Assembly (NCBI GenBank): GCA_963708295.1
Contig: CAVPSJ010000005.1
Location: 1-64,000, forward strand
Direction: 5' to 3'
DNA from: an uncultured delta proteobacterium
Lineage (GTDB): Bacteria; Desulfobacterota; BSN033; UBA1163
Length of the DNA stretch: 64,000 bases
A model generated the notes under the pieces. That model was not told the DNA's origin. It saw nothing but the letters and a program-made list of their open reading frames with translations, and searched no databases. Shown here piece after piece: positions 1 through 10,900 of this stretch. How positions within the stretch are numbered: the stretch's first letter is position 1; every line of letters begins with the position of its first letter. The translations under genes and the position numbers were made by a program.

Positions 1-629
1 AGAGGTGAGGGGAATCAATAGACTCTATCTCGGCAATCACCTCTTGAACCGGCCTGACTCGATAGTGATGCCCCAATGTCTGGCCAATGCAACAGAATTC
101 GCAATCGTACGGACACCCTCGGGATGTCTCGACGCCGATCGGGATTGGAGTATAACCCTGATATTTGGATACCGGGTAAGAGATCTCGCCGTGGTTTCGG
201 TAGACCTTTGAGATCTGTCATTTTACCGGCCCGATAGAGCCTTTGCATCTGTCCCGAGGCGGCATCCGATACAAGTCGTGGCCAGATACCCTCCGCTTCT
301 CCCACGACGACAGCGTCTGCATGCTCTAAGGCTTCGTCAGGCAATACCGTGGGGTGTATTCCTCCCATCACCACCTTCACAGCCTTCTGACGATAGGCGT
401 CAGCGATATGATAGGCTCTGAGCGCAAGGTCAGTCATGACGGTGATCCCCACCAAATCCACATCCTGATTGATGTCATCGGGAGCAAAAGCTTCGTCGAC
501 AATGGTCATCGTGTGGCCAGGCGGGGTAAGCGCTGCCAGAAGAGGAAGATTTACCCTCTGTAGCTTGAAAGGGCTGGATAAAGTGTCTTCACGTGGTTCA
601 CGCGGTGCGATAAGTTTTATTTTCATCAT
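1..629 (-). CDS. B12-binding radical SAM protein (runs off the left edge; apparent +1 frameshift near 175-180)
   Basis: N-terminal B12-binding domain (VDLVGIT...VVMGGIHPT...VVGEAE). After RRDL the +1 frame reads YPVSKYQGYTPIPIGVETSRGCPYDCEFCC, giving the CxxxCxxC motif. Confidence 0.88.
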
Positions 630-713
630 TCAGACTTGGGACCCTTGCCGACAGATCTCGAAACGCCCCAGCCCTCATCCGGTGGTGTCGGTATCCTCTT
701 CACCACGTAGCGA

Positions 714-1829
714 TCACTTGTCCTCTTCCCATTTGGTGGCGATGATGCCCAGGATGAAGACCACGGCCGCGAAAACACCTATGATCGCGGCGTCACGCAG
801 CGCGGCCATGTTGTCTTCAAATACCATCGCTGCCCGGAGCCCTTCGTTCACGTAAAACAGCGGCAGTGTCTTGGCGAACTTCTGCAGAAACCCCGGCATC
901 AGCTCGATAGGGAAGAAGCTCCCCGAGAGGAACATCATCGGTAAACTGACGGCGTTTGCCGCGGCAGCAGCGCTCTGAGCCTCCCTGGCGAAGCGGGTGA
1001 GTATCATCCCGATTCCGACGAACGCGAAGACATCAAGCAAAATGAACGCAAGGAGCCAGGCGTCTATATGCAGGCTGACATTAAACACGGCGTAGCTCAC
1101 CAGCAGCATCGCAATCGTGCATATGACCGCGAGTATGAACTGGTACAGGATGTTCGACAGTATCCAGTCGGTACGGGTGATGGGGGTGGTGGACAACTTC
1201 CTGATGATGCCCTTCTGTCGCAGTTCCGTCTCCGAATCCACCGTGCTGAACAGGCTCAACGTCATCACCGCCATTGCGATGATGCCGGGGACGAAGAACT
1301 CGATGAACCGGTACTTCTTGGTGAGTATCGATGTCTCGGCCGTCCTGATGAACGGCGACTTCCCGGACAGCCCCTGGTTTATATAGGCGAACACCGAGTT
1401 CAGGATTTGCATCTTCGTGGACACCGAACTAGAGCTGGGGTCGTATATGTACGTGATGGTAACGGATGCGTTGGGGTCGTCGAACTCGATACTCTGATTG
1501 AGGGATTTTTCATAGTCTTTGGGAATGATGAGGACAAGGTTCACCTTGTTGTCCCTGACGTACTGCGTGGCGTTGACGGCAGGGTCGACGTTGGTTATCT
1601 TGAACTTCCCGTTGAGCTTTAGGGTCTTGACGAGATGCGCCGAGGAGTTGGTGCGGTCGAGGTCCTGCACGCAAAGGTGGAACTCCACGTTGTCCTGGCT
1701 CATGAAGATCGTGCCGAACAAGAGTATCAGGATTATCGGGAACGCAATCATGAAGAACATGGTGGTCTTCTCGCGGGAGAAGCTCATGAGCTTCACGACG
1801 AGATTTGCACTGATGATGCGCGGGTTCAT
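714..1829 (-). CDS. ABC-2 type exporter permease
   Basis: N-terminal TM, extracytoplasmic domain, FFVPGIIAM and PMMFLSGSFFPIELMP motifs; overlaps the ATPase stop (ATGA). Confidence 0.92.
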   Translation of the reverse strand: MNPRIISANLVVKLMSFSREKTTMFFMIAFPIILILLFGTIFMSQDNVEFHLCVQDLDRTNSSAHLVKTLKLNGKFKITNVDPAVNATQYVRDNKVNLVLIIPKDYEKSLNQSIEFDDPNASVTITYIYDPSSSSVSTKMQILNSVFAYINQGLSGKSPFIRTAETSILTKKYRFIEFFVPGIIAMAVMTLSLFSTVDSETELRQKGIIRKLSTTPITRTDWILSNILYQFILAVICTIAMLLVSYAVFNVSLHIDAWLLAFILLDVFAFVGIGMILTRFAREAQSAAAAANAVSLPMMFLSGSFFPIELMPGFLQKFAKTLPLFYVNEGLRAAMVFEDNMAALRDAAIIGVFAAVVFILGIIATKWEEDK

Positions 1830-2776
1830 TTTGGCTCCATTTCGGGCGGATCCTCCCGGAGCGCCTCGCCGGTGAGCTTGAGGAAGACCTCTTCGAGGTT
1901 AGGCTTCCGAACGTCCAGGCCGAGGTACAGAGCCCCGGCATCCTTGATGGCGTTCAGTATCTCCTGGACATCGTACGTGTGCTCCACCCTGACCTCGACG
2001 TTTTTGTGGTTGTCAAGGACCGGCTCGAAGCCCATTTTCCGGACGATTTCAAAAACTTTTCCATCGACGGGCTTTAGCGTGAGGGCCAGGTAATTCGCGT
2101 TGCTTTCGATGAGTTCCCCGGGAGAGCCCATGGCGATGACCTTCCCCTTCGAGATGATTGCGACCGTGTCTGCAAGAAGCTCCGCTTCCTCCATATAGTG
2201 TGTGGTGAGAAATACCGTCTTCCCCTTCTTCTTCAGGCCCAGCAGGACGTCCCACACCTCGTGCCTTGCGCGGGGGTCGAGCCCTGTCGTCGGCTCGTCG
2301 AGGAACACGACCTCGGGGTCGTTTACGAGAGCAATCGCTATTCCGAGGCGCTGCTTCAAGCCCCCGGAGAGGTTCTTGTACTGCTCTTTGGTCTTGTCCT
2401 TGAGGTTCACGAGCTCTATCAACCCGTCGATATCGGTGTTCATGCAGCAGAAAAGCCGCGAGTAGTACTGGATGGTCTCCCTGACCGTTATCCTGTCGAA
2501 CGAGCTGAACCCCTGCGGGAGGACGCCGATGCGGGGGACGATGTCGTGCTTCTTCTTCGTGACGTCCATTCCAAGAAGGGTCACTTTTCCAGACGTGGGC
2601 GTGCGGATCGTCTCGATGACCTCGACGGTAGTGGTCTTGCCGGCGCCGTTCGGGCCCAGGAAGGCGAACACCTCGCCTTTACTGACGGTGAACGATATGT
2701 CGTTGACCGCCAGTAAATCCCCGTAACGCTTCGTCAGTTTGTCGACTTCGATTGCGTATTCAGTTTCTTTGGTCAT
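1826..2776 (-). CDS. ABC exporter ATP-binding protein (DrrA/NodI-like)
   Basis: Walker A GPNGAGKTT, signature LSGG, Walker B FLDEPTTGLDP, H-loop TTHYMEEAE. Confidence 0.95.
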   Translation of the reverse strand: MTKETEYAIEVDKLTKRYGDLLAVNDISFTVSKGEVFAFLGPNGAGKTTTVEVIETIRTPTSGKVTLLGMDVTKKKHDIVPRIGVLPQGFSSFDRITVRETIQYYSRLFCCMNTDIDGLIELVNLKDKTKEQYKNLSGGLKQRLGIAIALVNDPEVVFLDEPTTGLDPRARHEVWDVLLGLKKKGKTVFLTTHYMEEAELLADTVAIISKGKVIAMGSPGELIESNANYLALTLKPVDGKVFEIVRKMGFEPVLDNHKNVEVRVEHTYDVQEILNAIKDAGALYLGLDVRKPNLEEVFLKLTGEALREDPPEMEPK

Positions 2777-2824
2777 GAATCTCCATTTCGCCTCTATGGG
2801 GCAACGGTATTGAAAGTCGTACCA

Positions 2825-4033
2825 TCAGGCCTTCTTCGGGCGCTGAAGACGCTCGCCCCGCCTGAGTTCATTCGCCTGCGCGGCCGGATCAAGGCGGCGA
2901 ACAAGGATGTGCTCCTGTCGGCCCTGGGCCAGAACCCGAGGTGGCTGAGGACCTTCTCGGTCACCGCCGGCCGCGCCGATAAGAAAACGGTCAATCACCG
3001 GCTGGCGGTGCTTGAATAAAAGAAAGCTCGGGATAAACGTCGCACCCAGATGCGCTTTGGTCTTCTCCGCGCCCTGGCCCGCGTAATAGAGAGGGATTTT
3101 TCGCTCCACGCAGGTGCGGACATTTTCAAGCCAGGACAAAACATAAAGGTTGTATTTGCGGCCGAGCTCGTAATCCATGCAGAAATATTTATCCACCATC
3201 GCTTCTTGTTTTACGACGAGAAGGTTGAAAGCGGCGAGTTCTTCCTGCACAAAATAGAGCGTGTATTCGGCGCCCGGGACTCTCTCACAGATTTTTTCAA
3301 AAAATAAACGGTTGTGCACGCCAAACGCCAGGGGGCCCCGCGCCACTGTTTCCAGATAAAGCTTGTAGATCCTGTCCAGAAAAGGAGAAATATTGCGGCT
3401 TCGAATCACTCTGACTTCGTGGGAGGCGCGCATTTTGCGGCGCAGGTCTTTTCTCGCGGCCCTTGAAAGGCGGGCTAAGAATTCCTCCAGGCTGTTAAAA
3501 TTGATCGGCAGTCGGGCGCAAGACTGACATTGCACCCGGTTGAATTTTTTGAATACTTCCCCGGGAAGTTTGCCGTAATGATTAAAGTTGTAAAGCGCCA
3601 CGATGTCGCTTTTAAGTTCGGCCGCGAGCGTTTGCAAGGCGCCAAAGGCCATTTTGCATGCCGCCTCGAGGGTGCCCGCATCGATTTGAGGATCAATCCC
3701 GATTTCACTCCATTCCCCTACCAGCAACCCCACGCTTAAAACACGGGGTTGAAAAACCGAGGGGATGAGACGGCCTGCCACTTTCAGCGATTTCTTGATC
3801 CATCCCTCCACAAAAGTGGACAAATCAAAACGGGTTTCAAACAACGGCAATAAGAGAATAGGAGCATCATCTTTTAACACCACGATGCTCCGCAGGTTAA
3901 AACCGTCAATACCCGATTCTTGCAACAGAGAAAGAAGGGGGGCGGTGATAGAAGGCTCCGGGAAAAGCCGTCCAAGTTCTGCCGCCGGCACTCCGTCTAA
4001 CCGCGGCACGCAATTGCAGGTAAGGTTATTCAT
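2825..4033 (-). CDS. FemAB/BioF2-like double-GNAT acyltransferase (C-terminus possibly frameshifted near 2975)
   Basis: FNSLEEFLARLSRAARKDLRRKMR, LYLETV, AAFNL, YNLY..WLENV and YAGQGAEKTKAHLGA are typical of the Acetyltransf_6/FemAB-like family. Confidence 0.8.
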   Translation of the reverse strand: MNNLTCNCVPRLDGVPAAELGRLFPEPSITAPLLSLLQESGIDGFNLRSIVVLKDDAPILLLPLFETRFDLSTFVEGWIKKSLKVAGRLIPSVFQPRVLSVGLLVGEWSEIGIDPQIDAGTLEAACKMAFGALQTLAAELKSDIVALYNFNHYGKLPGEVFKKFNRVQCQSCARLPINFNSLEEFLARLSRAARKDLRRKMRASHEVRVIRSRNISPFLDRIYKLYLETVARGPLAFGVHNRLFFEKICERVPGAEYTLYFVQEELAAFNLLVVKQEAMVDKYFCMDYELGRKYNLYVLSWLENVRTCVERKIPLYYAGQGAEKTKAHLGATFIPSFLLFKHRQPVIDRFLIGAAGGDREGPQPPRVLAQGRQEHILVRRLDPAAQANELRRGERLQRPKKA

Positions 4034-4793
4034 GGCCTGTCGGTCTCCGATTCAAAAGGGCGATGGAAAGCCACATCTTCCTCTGAGGAAGCGAACGTAC
4101 CCATAGGGACCGGCCGGCAGCTATGGGAAACCGCACCAGGGCCTTCCCTGATAAGCCCACCGGAAAGGTATACCCGCCGTCCCCCCCTACCGCCCCCCCT
4201 GTCGATGGATAGACGGTGATTTGCCGCGGATCCACGAGATGGAATGCACATCCCAGGGCCTTGACAACGGCTTCCTTGATAGACCAGAGCAGGGCTGATG
4301 CCTTTTCCAAATCTCCGCCCGCCAACCTCAAGGCATGTTGAAGCTCTTGTGCATGGAAGACCCGGTGAAAGGGGTATTCTCTTTGGAATTCATCGGTCCC
4401 TGCCACATCGATGCCGATATCAGACTCATCTCCACAGAGAGCGGCCCAGACTTTTCCTCCACCCTCGCTGAAGGAGATGGCAGGACCCCGATATTCTCCC
4501 AACAGGAGATGGGGCCTGCCAAGCAGGCCGCGGACCACCTGAATTGGGAAAGCAGCTCTGTTGGAGGATTGACAGCGTTTCCAAAGAGGACTTTCCATCG
4601 CCACAAGGTGATCCCACAGGGTGGAGACGAGGCGGTGCTTGTCCCCTGCCCCGTTCGTCCCACATCCTTTGAGGGTTTCGGTGGCACATGGCCCATATGG
4701 TAAAGATGCATAGAAGACGGGTCCCCTTCCATGACTGAAACTCACGGAATGAACGGTTAATCCTTGGCAATCCTTTGCCACATCCACTCCCAT
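4026..4793 (-). CDS. Sfp-type 4'-phosphopantetheinyl transferase
   Basis: GRP, ISFS, IGIDV and WSIKEAVVKALG motifs; directly downstream of the PKS. Confidence 0.88.
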   Translation of the reverse strand: MGVDVAKDCQGLTVHSVSFSHGRGPVFYASLPYGPCATETLKGCGTNGAGDKHRLVSTLWDHLVAMESPLWKRCQSSNRAAFPIQVVRGLLGRPHLLLGEYRGPAISFSEGGGKVWAALCGDESDIGIDVAGTDEFQREYPFHRVFHAQELQHALRLAGGDLEKASALLWSIKEAVVKALGCAFHLVDPRQITVYPSTGGAVGGDGGYTFPVGLSGKALVRFPIAAGRSLWVRSLPQRKMWLSIALLNRRPTGHE

Positions 4794-4851
4794 CTTTCCC
4801 GATCTGCGTTCTTTCCGAGCCCTGAAGGCTCAGGAAGGTCGTGAAAAAATC

Positions 4852-4974
4852 AGAATGTTCAAAAATGCCCAGATACAAGGCACTCGAAATCCTGAGAAGT
4901 TAGGCGTACCTAGACGTACGCCGCAACGACGAAGGATGAGAGGACCGAAGTAGATGGGCGTTTTTCAGCATCCT
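4852..4974. mobile_element. MITE-like palindromic repeat between PKS and PPTase
   Basis: Imperfect terminal inverted repeats AGAATGTTCAAAAATGCCCAGAT / AGATGGGCGTTTTTCAGCATCCT and an internal GGCGTAC..GTACGCC hairpin. Related ends occur near 25070-25087 and 27679-27700. Confidence 0.65.
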
Positions 4975-4981
4975 TTAAGGC

Positions 4982-7900
4982 TCAGTCCGAAACCCAGTGC
5001 ATCCGCAACCCATAAACCTGCATGATGGTGCGACCTTGATCGTCAATCCCTCTGGCGTCCCAGGCGAGGCCTTCGTCGTCCTGCGCCCGCATGCGGGCCT
5101 CCAGCGTTATCTGTTCCCCTACCCGGCATTTTCGCAAAAACCTCATCTCCCCGATCTCCATGGGAATCATCGATCGCCGCTCCGATGGGTCCATTGCAAC
5201 GATGTGGAAGCCGACCAACTGCAAAAGGGCCTCGAAAAGGTAGGGAGAGTATTGGTACCGTGCGTTCCGCAGATTTGCGAAATCACTTGTCTCCCGGTAG
5301 GTGGTTCGGCCCCGTACCACCCCTGGACCTGCACCGTCAAGGAACTCCATCACGCGATACCTGCCTTCGAGGCCGCTGCGGTCTTTGTACCATTTAAGCA
5401 CTTTTTTATGATCCATAGGCCTCGTCCGCAGTTCGTCCAGCCGGACAGGAAAATCCGGGAGCCCCTCCCCGAGATATCCTCCCCCGCCATCCCCGCCATC
5501 AAGGATCACTTGGCCCTTGCAGTGCGGGGTGAAGCGGTCGGTCAATCTCCCTGCGGGGGAGATCTCCTGTGTTGCGAGAGAGACCTCGCACAATACCTCC
5601 CGAAGACCGGTGCCGGCTCGGCGGCAGGAGATCCTGGAAGGCCGTGGAACCCCGGGAGGACATTGGATCATGTCCATGAGCCGCACCTGGCGAACTCCTC
5701 GCACCTGCAGGTGGGGATACAGGATCCGGGCGGCTTCCATGAATGTCTCCAGAACCATGGCGGCTGAGACCAGAGGATGCTTGACGAACTTGAAAGGTCT
5801 GTGATCCGCGATCCAAAGATCCTTCTCCAGGGAGAAGGATCTGAAGGCCTCCAGTTCTTCCCGGCGGATGTCCAGGCAGGAGATCCCTTCTATCATGGGG
5901 AAGTCCTCGGGGCTGAAGGACACGGTGCCTCCATCCAGTTCTCCACTGGGCGAAGGACGGGTTGTATCATTGAGCAGTGACGTCCTCACGGATGGCAGTC
6001 TCCTCATGAACATCACCCAATCGTCGTCGGCCGGGGCTACAAAGAGCTCCCGGCAGAAAAGCCCTGCAAGCTCATTTACATGGATGTACGCCACGCCCTT
6101 CCGCTTCATCAGTTCCCGGACCTCCGGATCCTCGGCCATGCCCGCCCCCTCGACAGGGGGAAGCATCAAAGCCTTGAACCGGATGGCGCCGTTTTTCCGG
6201 CGGAGGGTTCTGAGTAACGCAGACATCATCCGGTTGGCTGCGGCGTAGTTGGCCTGGCCAGGATTCCCCTGGATCGCGGCCGCCGAGGAGAGGCCCACGA
6301 AAAACCTCAAACCGGCCCCTTCCGCAGCCGAGAATAGATTCCAAGCCCCGAGGAATTTGACGTCCGTGACCATGGAGAAATCATCCGGGGTCATTTGGCT
6401 TAAGGGACCGTCCCTGAGGACTCCGGCGCCGTGAATGATCCCGTCGATCTTGCCATAACGGCTTGCCACCTCGCCCATGATCGCGCGGACCGCCTCGGGG
6501 TCAGTCACATCGCAGGTATGGTACGTTGCCTCGATCCCTGAGGAGTGCAAATCCGCCAGGGTCCGAGCGATCTCCGATGCCCTGGGTCGAAAGGTGAACG
6601 CCTCAGAAGACGAATGTTCGGGGCGCGGCTTTGCGGGATGGATGCCTGGATCGAGAGGGGTCCTCCCCAGAAAGACCAGGCGGGGCGTGAAAGGCACAAG
6701 GCAGCGGGCCAGGTGGGCGCTGATCCCAGTTGCGCCCCCAGACATGACGACAACGTCTCCAGGGCTCAGATTCAGACTTGACGAATCCCCGAAGACCGAC
6801 GGGGCTAAGTGCCCCTCCGAAGTGAAGACCCTTCCATCACGATGAATGATCTCCACCACGGTGCATCCTCTGTCCAGAGCACCGCGCAGCGCAACGCGAA
6901 GGTCGGTATCCCTGTCGATTTCCAATGTGCGAAACTGGACCGATGGGTGTTCCTGCGCTGCGCTCAGAAAAAGTCCGAGCATCCCTTCCGCCAGCAGCCG
7001 ACCGAGAGTTTCGGTATCCTCCCTGGAATGGATCAGCACCACGAATTTCTTAGCCGGTGATTGAAGAAATGCCTTCAGGAGGAGAAAGAGTCCCCTAAGA
7101 AGCCGCGAAACATCCGCCATGCTTCTTAACCTTCCCGACCCGCCTTGACAGAGGGTGATGACCATCCCAGAAAGGGGCGACAGGCCCGCTATTCTATCTA
7201 CAGCCCTGGAGGCCCCTTCATCGGTTCGAATGTCGTGGCCCTCTTCGCCAGGACCGAAGTTCCCTTGCATGAATAGCATTGGAAACGTGTCAACCCCGTG
7301 ATCCAGTCGGAGGATGTCCCCTGCACTTCTGGCAATCCCGTCATCCCTGTCAGGTGAGAGAAGGAGGACTGACTCGCCTGGGCTCAATTCCATGGGAATA
7401 GAGGCCGCCAACTCTACAGTGGCGTGGTTGAATACGAGCCGCTTTAAGCTCGCCTCATCCTCTGAGGACTTCAGGATTTCATCCCGCACTGGGTCGGGGT
7501 CAACAGCCTTGGTGGCCGGCTGTAGGCTGGTACCTCCCTGCCTGGCGATTATCTTGGAGATCCTCTGGGCGATGTCCTTCACGGTACGGACATTTATAAA
7601 ATCCTCCAATTCGATCGTGATCCCGAATTGGCGTTCCGCAGCATCCATGATGATGGGGAGGCGGCTGGATCGGATGGAGAGGTCCCTTCTGAGATCCATA
7701 TCGGGTTGGATCTCGTCCCTATTGAATCCTGTAGCATCCATGATGATTCGAATAAGCCTCTCCATAAGATCTTGGCCCTCAGGCGCCTCACCGAGGGCAG
7801 GTGAGGCCTGTCCCAGAATGGCAGGGGTGGAATCGAGAGGCGGGGATGCCGGTTTCCCGGGAGAGACCTGCTTCTGGCCCTCGGGAGGCCCAGAACCCAC

Positions 7901-10900
7901 AAGCATGGATTTGATAACGGATGATAGATCGCCTTCTTGGAATGTTGGGTCAAGCTCTTGGCGGATGGCTTCCAGGATGTTGGGCTTAAGGAAGCGGCCG
8001 AAGGTCTCTATCACGAATCGGTTGATTTCCCTTTGAATGATCCTCTCCACCGGGTTGGAGCCTGCAAGCCCAAGTTCCGACGTTCGTAACGCGGGTGCTG
8101 GGGCGATTCGGTGAGATTCGGGAGTTTTTCTGAATGCAGAGAGGGAAACAAACCTCGGTTCTCCTTCAACCTTCAGATGACCTTGAACGAAGAGCTGAGC
8201 AAGAGCGGTCTTGTAGGTCAGGCCCTCTGCGGAAGGAAGGCACGTCTGGATACATGCCGATTCAGGAAGCGTGTCTGCGATGAGATTGCTTAATGTTTCG
8301 CCGGGGCCCACCTCCACGAAGAGCCGGACTCCGTAGTCATTCCAAAGGGTCTGGACATTATTCATCCAATGGACGGTAGATTCCAGGTGGGCCATTAGGA
8401 TTCGCCTGATCTCATCGGGATCTGATGGATACGGTGCCATGGTCGTGTTGGAGATGACGGGAATCTGCGGGGAATGAAATGGAATGGAGGCAATGTACGC
8501 CTCGAGCTCATCATGGATGACCTTCATGATAGGGGAGTGGAAGGCCATGCTGACCCGCAAGAGGGTGGCCCGGTATCCCATTTCCTTCAGTCTTTTGCTA
8601 AGATTCTTGACCGCCTCGGTGTTGCCACTCAGGACAACCTGGTTCGGTGAATTGATATTGCCAATGTGGACATCCTCCCGTCCCTGGATCATCTCTTTCA
8701 GCAGATCCAGGGGGGCGTCCACGGCCGCCATGACGCCGGGGTCCACGTGCATGGCAGCGGCCTTGTCCATGCAGAGGGCTCTCTTGTTCACGATTCGAAA
8801 CCCGTCCTCCGGGGAATAGACACCGGCCAGGCACAAGGCGGTCAGTTCGCCCAAACTATGGCCGGCCATGGCCACAGGGTGGATACCAAGGGTGGTGAGG
8901 TATCGAGCCATGGCGTATTCCATGGCGAACATGGCAGGTTGCTGCCACCGGGTCTTCTGAAGGTTCTCCTCTCGATCATGGAACAATAAGTGAAGGAGGT
9001 CGAAGTCCGCTGCAGCTGCAGCCCGATCCATCCACTCCTTGATGACGGGAAAGGACTCGTAGAGATCCCGCCCCATTCCTCCATAGTGTGACCCCTGTCC
9101 GGGAAATACAAAGGCGAGCGGTAGGGCTGGCAGATCCTCACGGCTCATGAAGATCCCCTGCTGCGCCAGGGACCTCAACACCTTGGGTGAGACGATTCCG
9201 GCTTCGGCAAGGGAGGCCGACCTCTCGATGACCGTGAGCGCCTCCTCTTCGGATTGCGCCACAACGGCCATCCGGTAGTTACGGCCGTCCATCTCAGTCC
9301 GGAAGAAAGAGACGCCCTGGAGCGTGGGAGGGCCACCCCCCTTCTCTCCATCGAGACCGGGTTCTCTGCCCGGTGAGACCAGGATCGTATCCACTTCATC
9401 CATGGCCTGCTCCACCTGCACAACGTAGTTGGAACCTCCAAACCCGAAGGCGTTGACCTGAAGCCTTCTTGGCTGGCCGTCCCTGCCCTTCCAATCAAGC
9501 GGCTCCGGGGCGATGAGGAGACCCGATCCTTCCAGGTCGATTTCCGGGTCTGGATGCTTATAATTGAGGGTGGGAGGGAAAACCCCCGCCTTCATGGCCG
9601 TGACTCCTCGAATGAGGCTGTTAATGCCCGAGGCGCCCAGTGTGTGTCCGATCTGGGATTTGAATGAGGTGATCACGGTGCGATTGGAGGAATTAAAGAA
9701 CGCCTTCAGGGCACGGACCTCCTCCACGTCCCCTTGCCGGGTGCTCGTGGCATGGCATTCCACCAGGTCCACTGCATCGGGCCCATAGGGTATCCCTCGG
9801 AAAGAGGCGCGGATGGCGATCTCTTGGGTGACACTGGAGGACTCCACCATGCCCAGATGGTTGTTGCTCGCTCCCATGCCGGTGATGACGGCGTGGACAC
9901 GCGCCCCTCTTGCGCGGGCCAGGCTTTCCCGCTCGATGACGATCATTCCCCCGCCTTCGCCGAGGACCATCCCGTCTCTTTCAGCATCGAAGGGGCGGGA
10001 GGTCTCGTGAGCGGGTCTTTCCTGTCCGGACAGCCCGTAAAGTGCGCCCAGGGCGGAGAATTCCAGAAAATGCAAGTGTGTGAGATTGTCCTCGCCCCCT
10101 CCGACGATGGCTGCATCGATGATGCCGCTCCGGATCATCTGGATGGCGCTGTGAAGTGCGACCAGTGAGGTCGCGCAGGCTGCGGAGACAGAATAGCTGG
10201 GCCCCATGAACCCATACCGGTTGCAGATGAAGCCGGCCGCTGCGCAGTTGAGTCTGCCCAGGAGTGTGGTGTCGTCCGGGGCCATGCGTCCGGACTTCAC
10301 CTCTCGTTCGATGGCGCTCTCCTGATCCGGCGTGAGGTGAACGGCCCTTTTGATAGCGCCAAGGATATCGTGAACGTACTCCCTGATGATCATATCGGTG
10401 AGGGTCCCCGCCGCCTCACCCGAGTTCTGGGAGATGAGGACTCCGATTCGTTCGCGCGGGATGTCTGACTCCAGGATGCCAGATGCCCGGATGGCTCTGT
10501 CCGCCAGCCACATGGTGATCCTTGTCGCCTCGGTCATGGTCCGGAAATCATGGGGAGGAATCCCGAGTTCATTGCGGGAGATATGAAAGTCTAAGAAGGC
10601 GCCCACCTTGCAGTAGGTCTTGTCCGGAACCTGCGGCCGGGGATCATAAAAAAGCGCGTGATCCCACCGCGAAGGCGGAACCAATGTAATCCCGCTCTTC
10701 ATGGCCAGGCTTGCAGCCCAGACCTCCTCCGGACTCTTCCCCAGGGCATTGAGTATGCTCATCCCAGTGATGGCAACCCTTTCATGATCGTCTCTATGGG
10801 GGGCGACTCGCTTCAGTCCATGGCCAACTCCGGAGGATGGAGTTTCCATGGATAGCGATGCGTTGGGTGGGAGGGCGGGCTGATGCAGCAAAAGAGGGCC

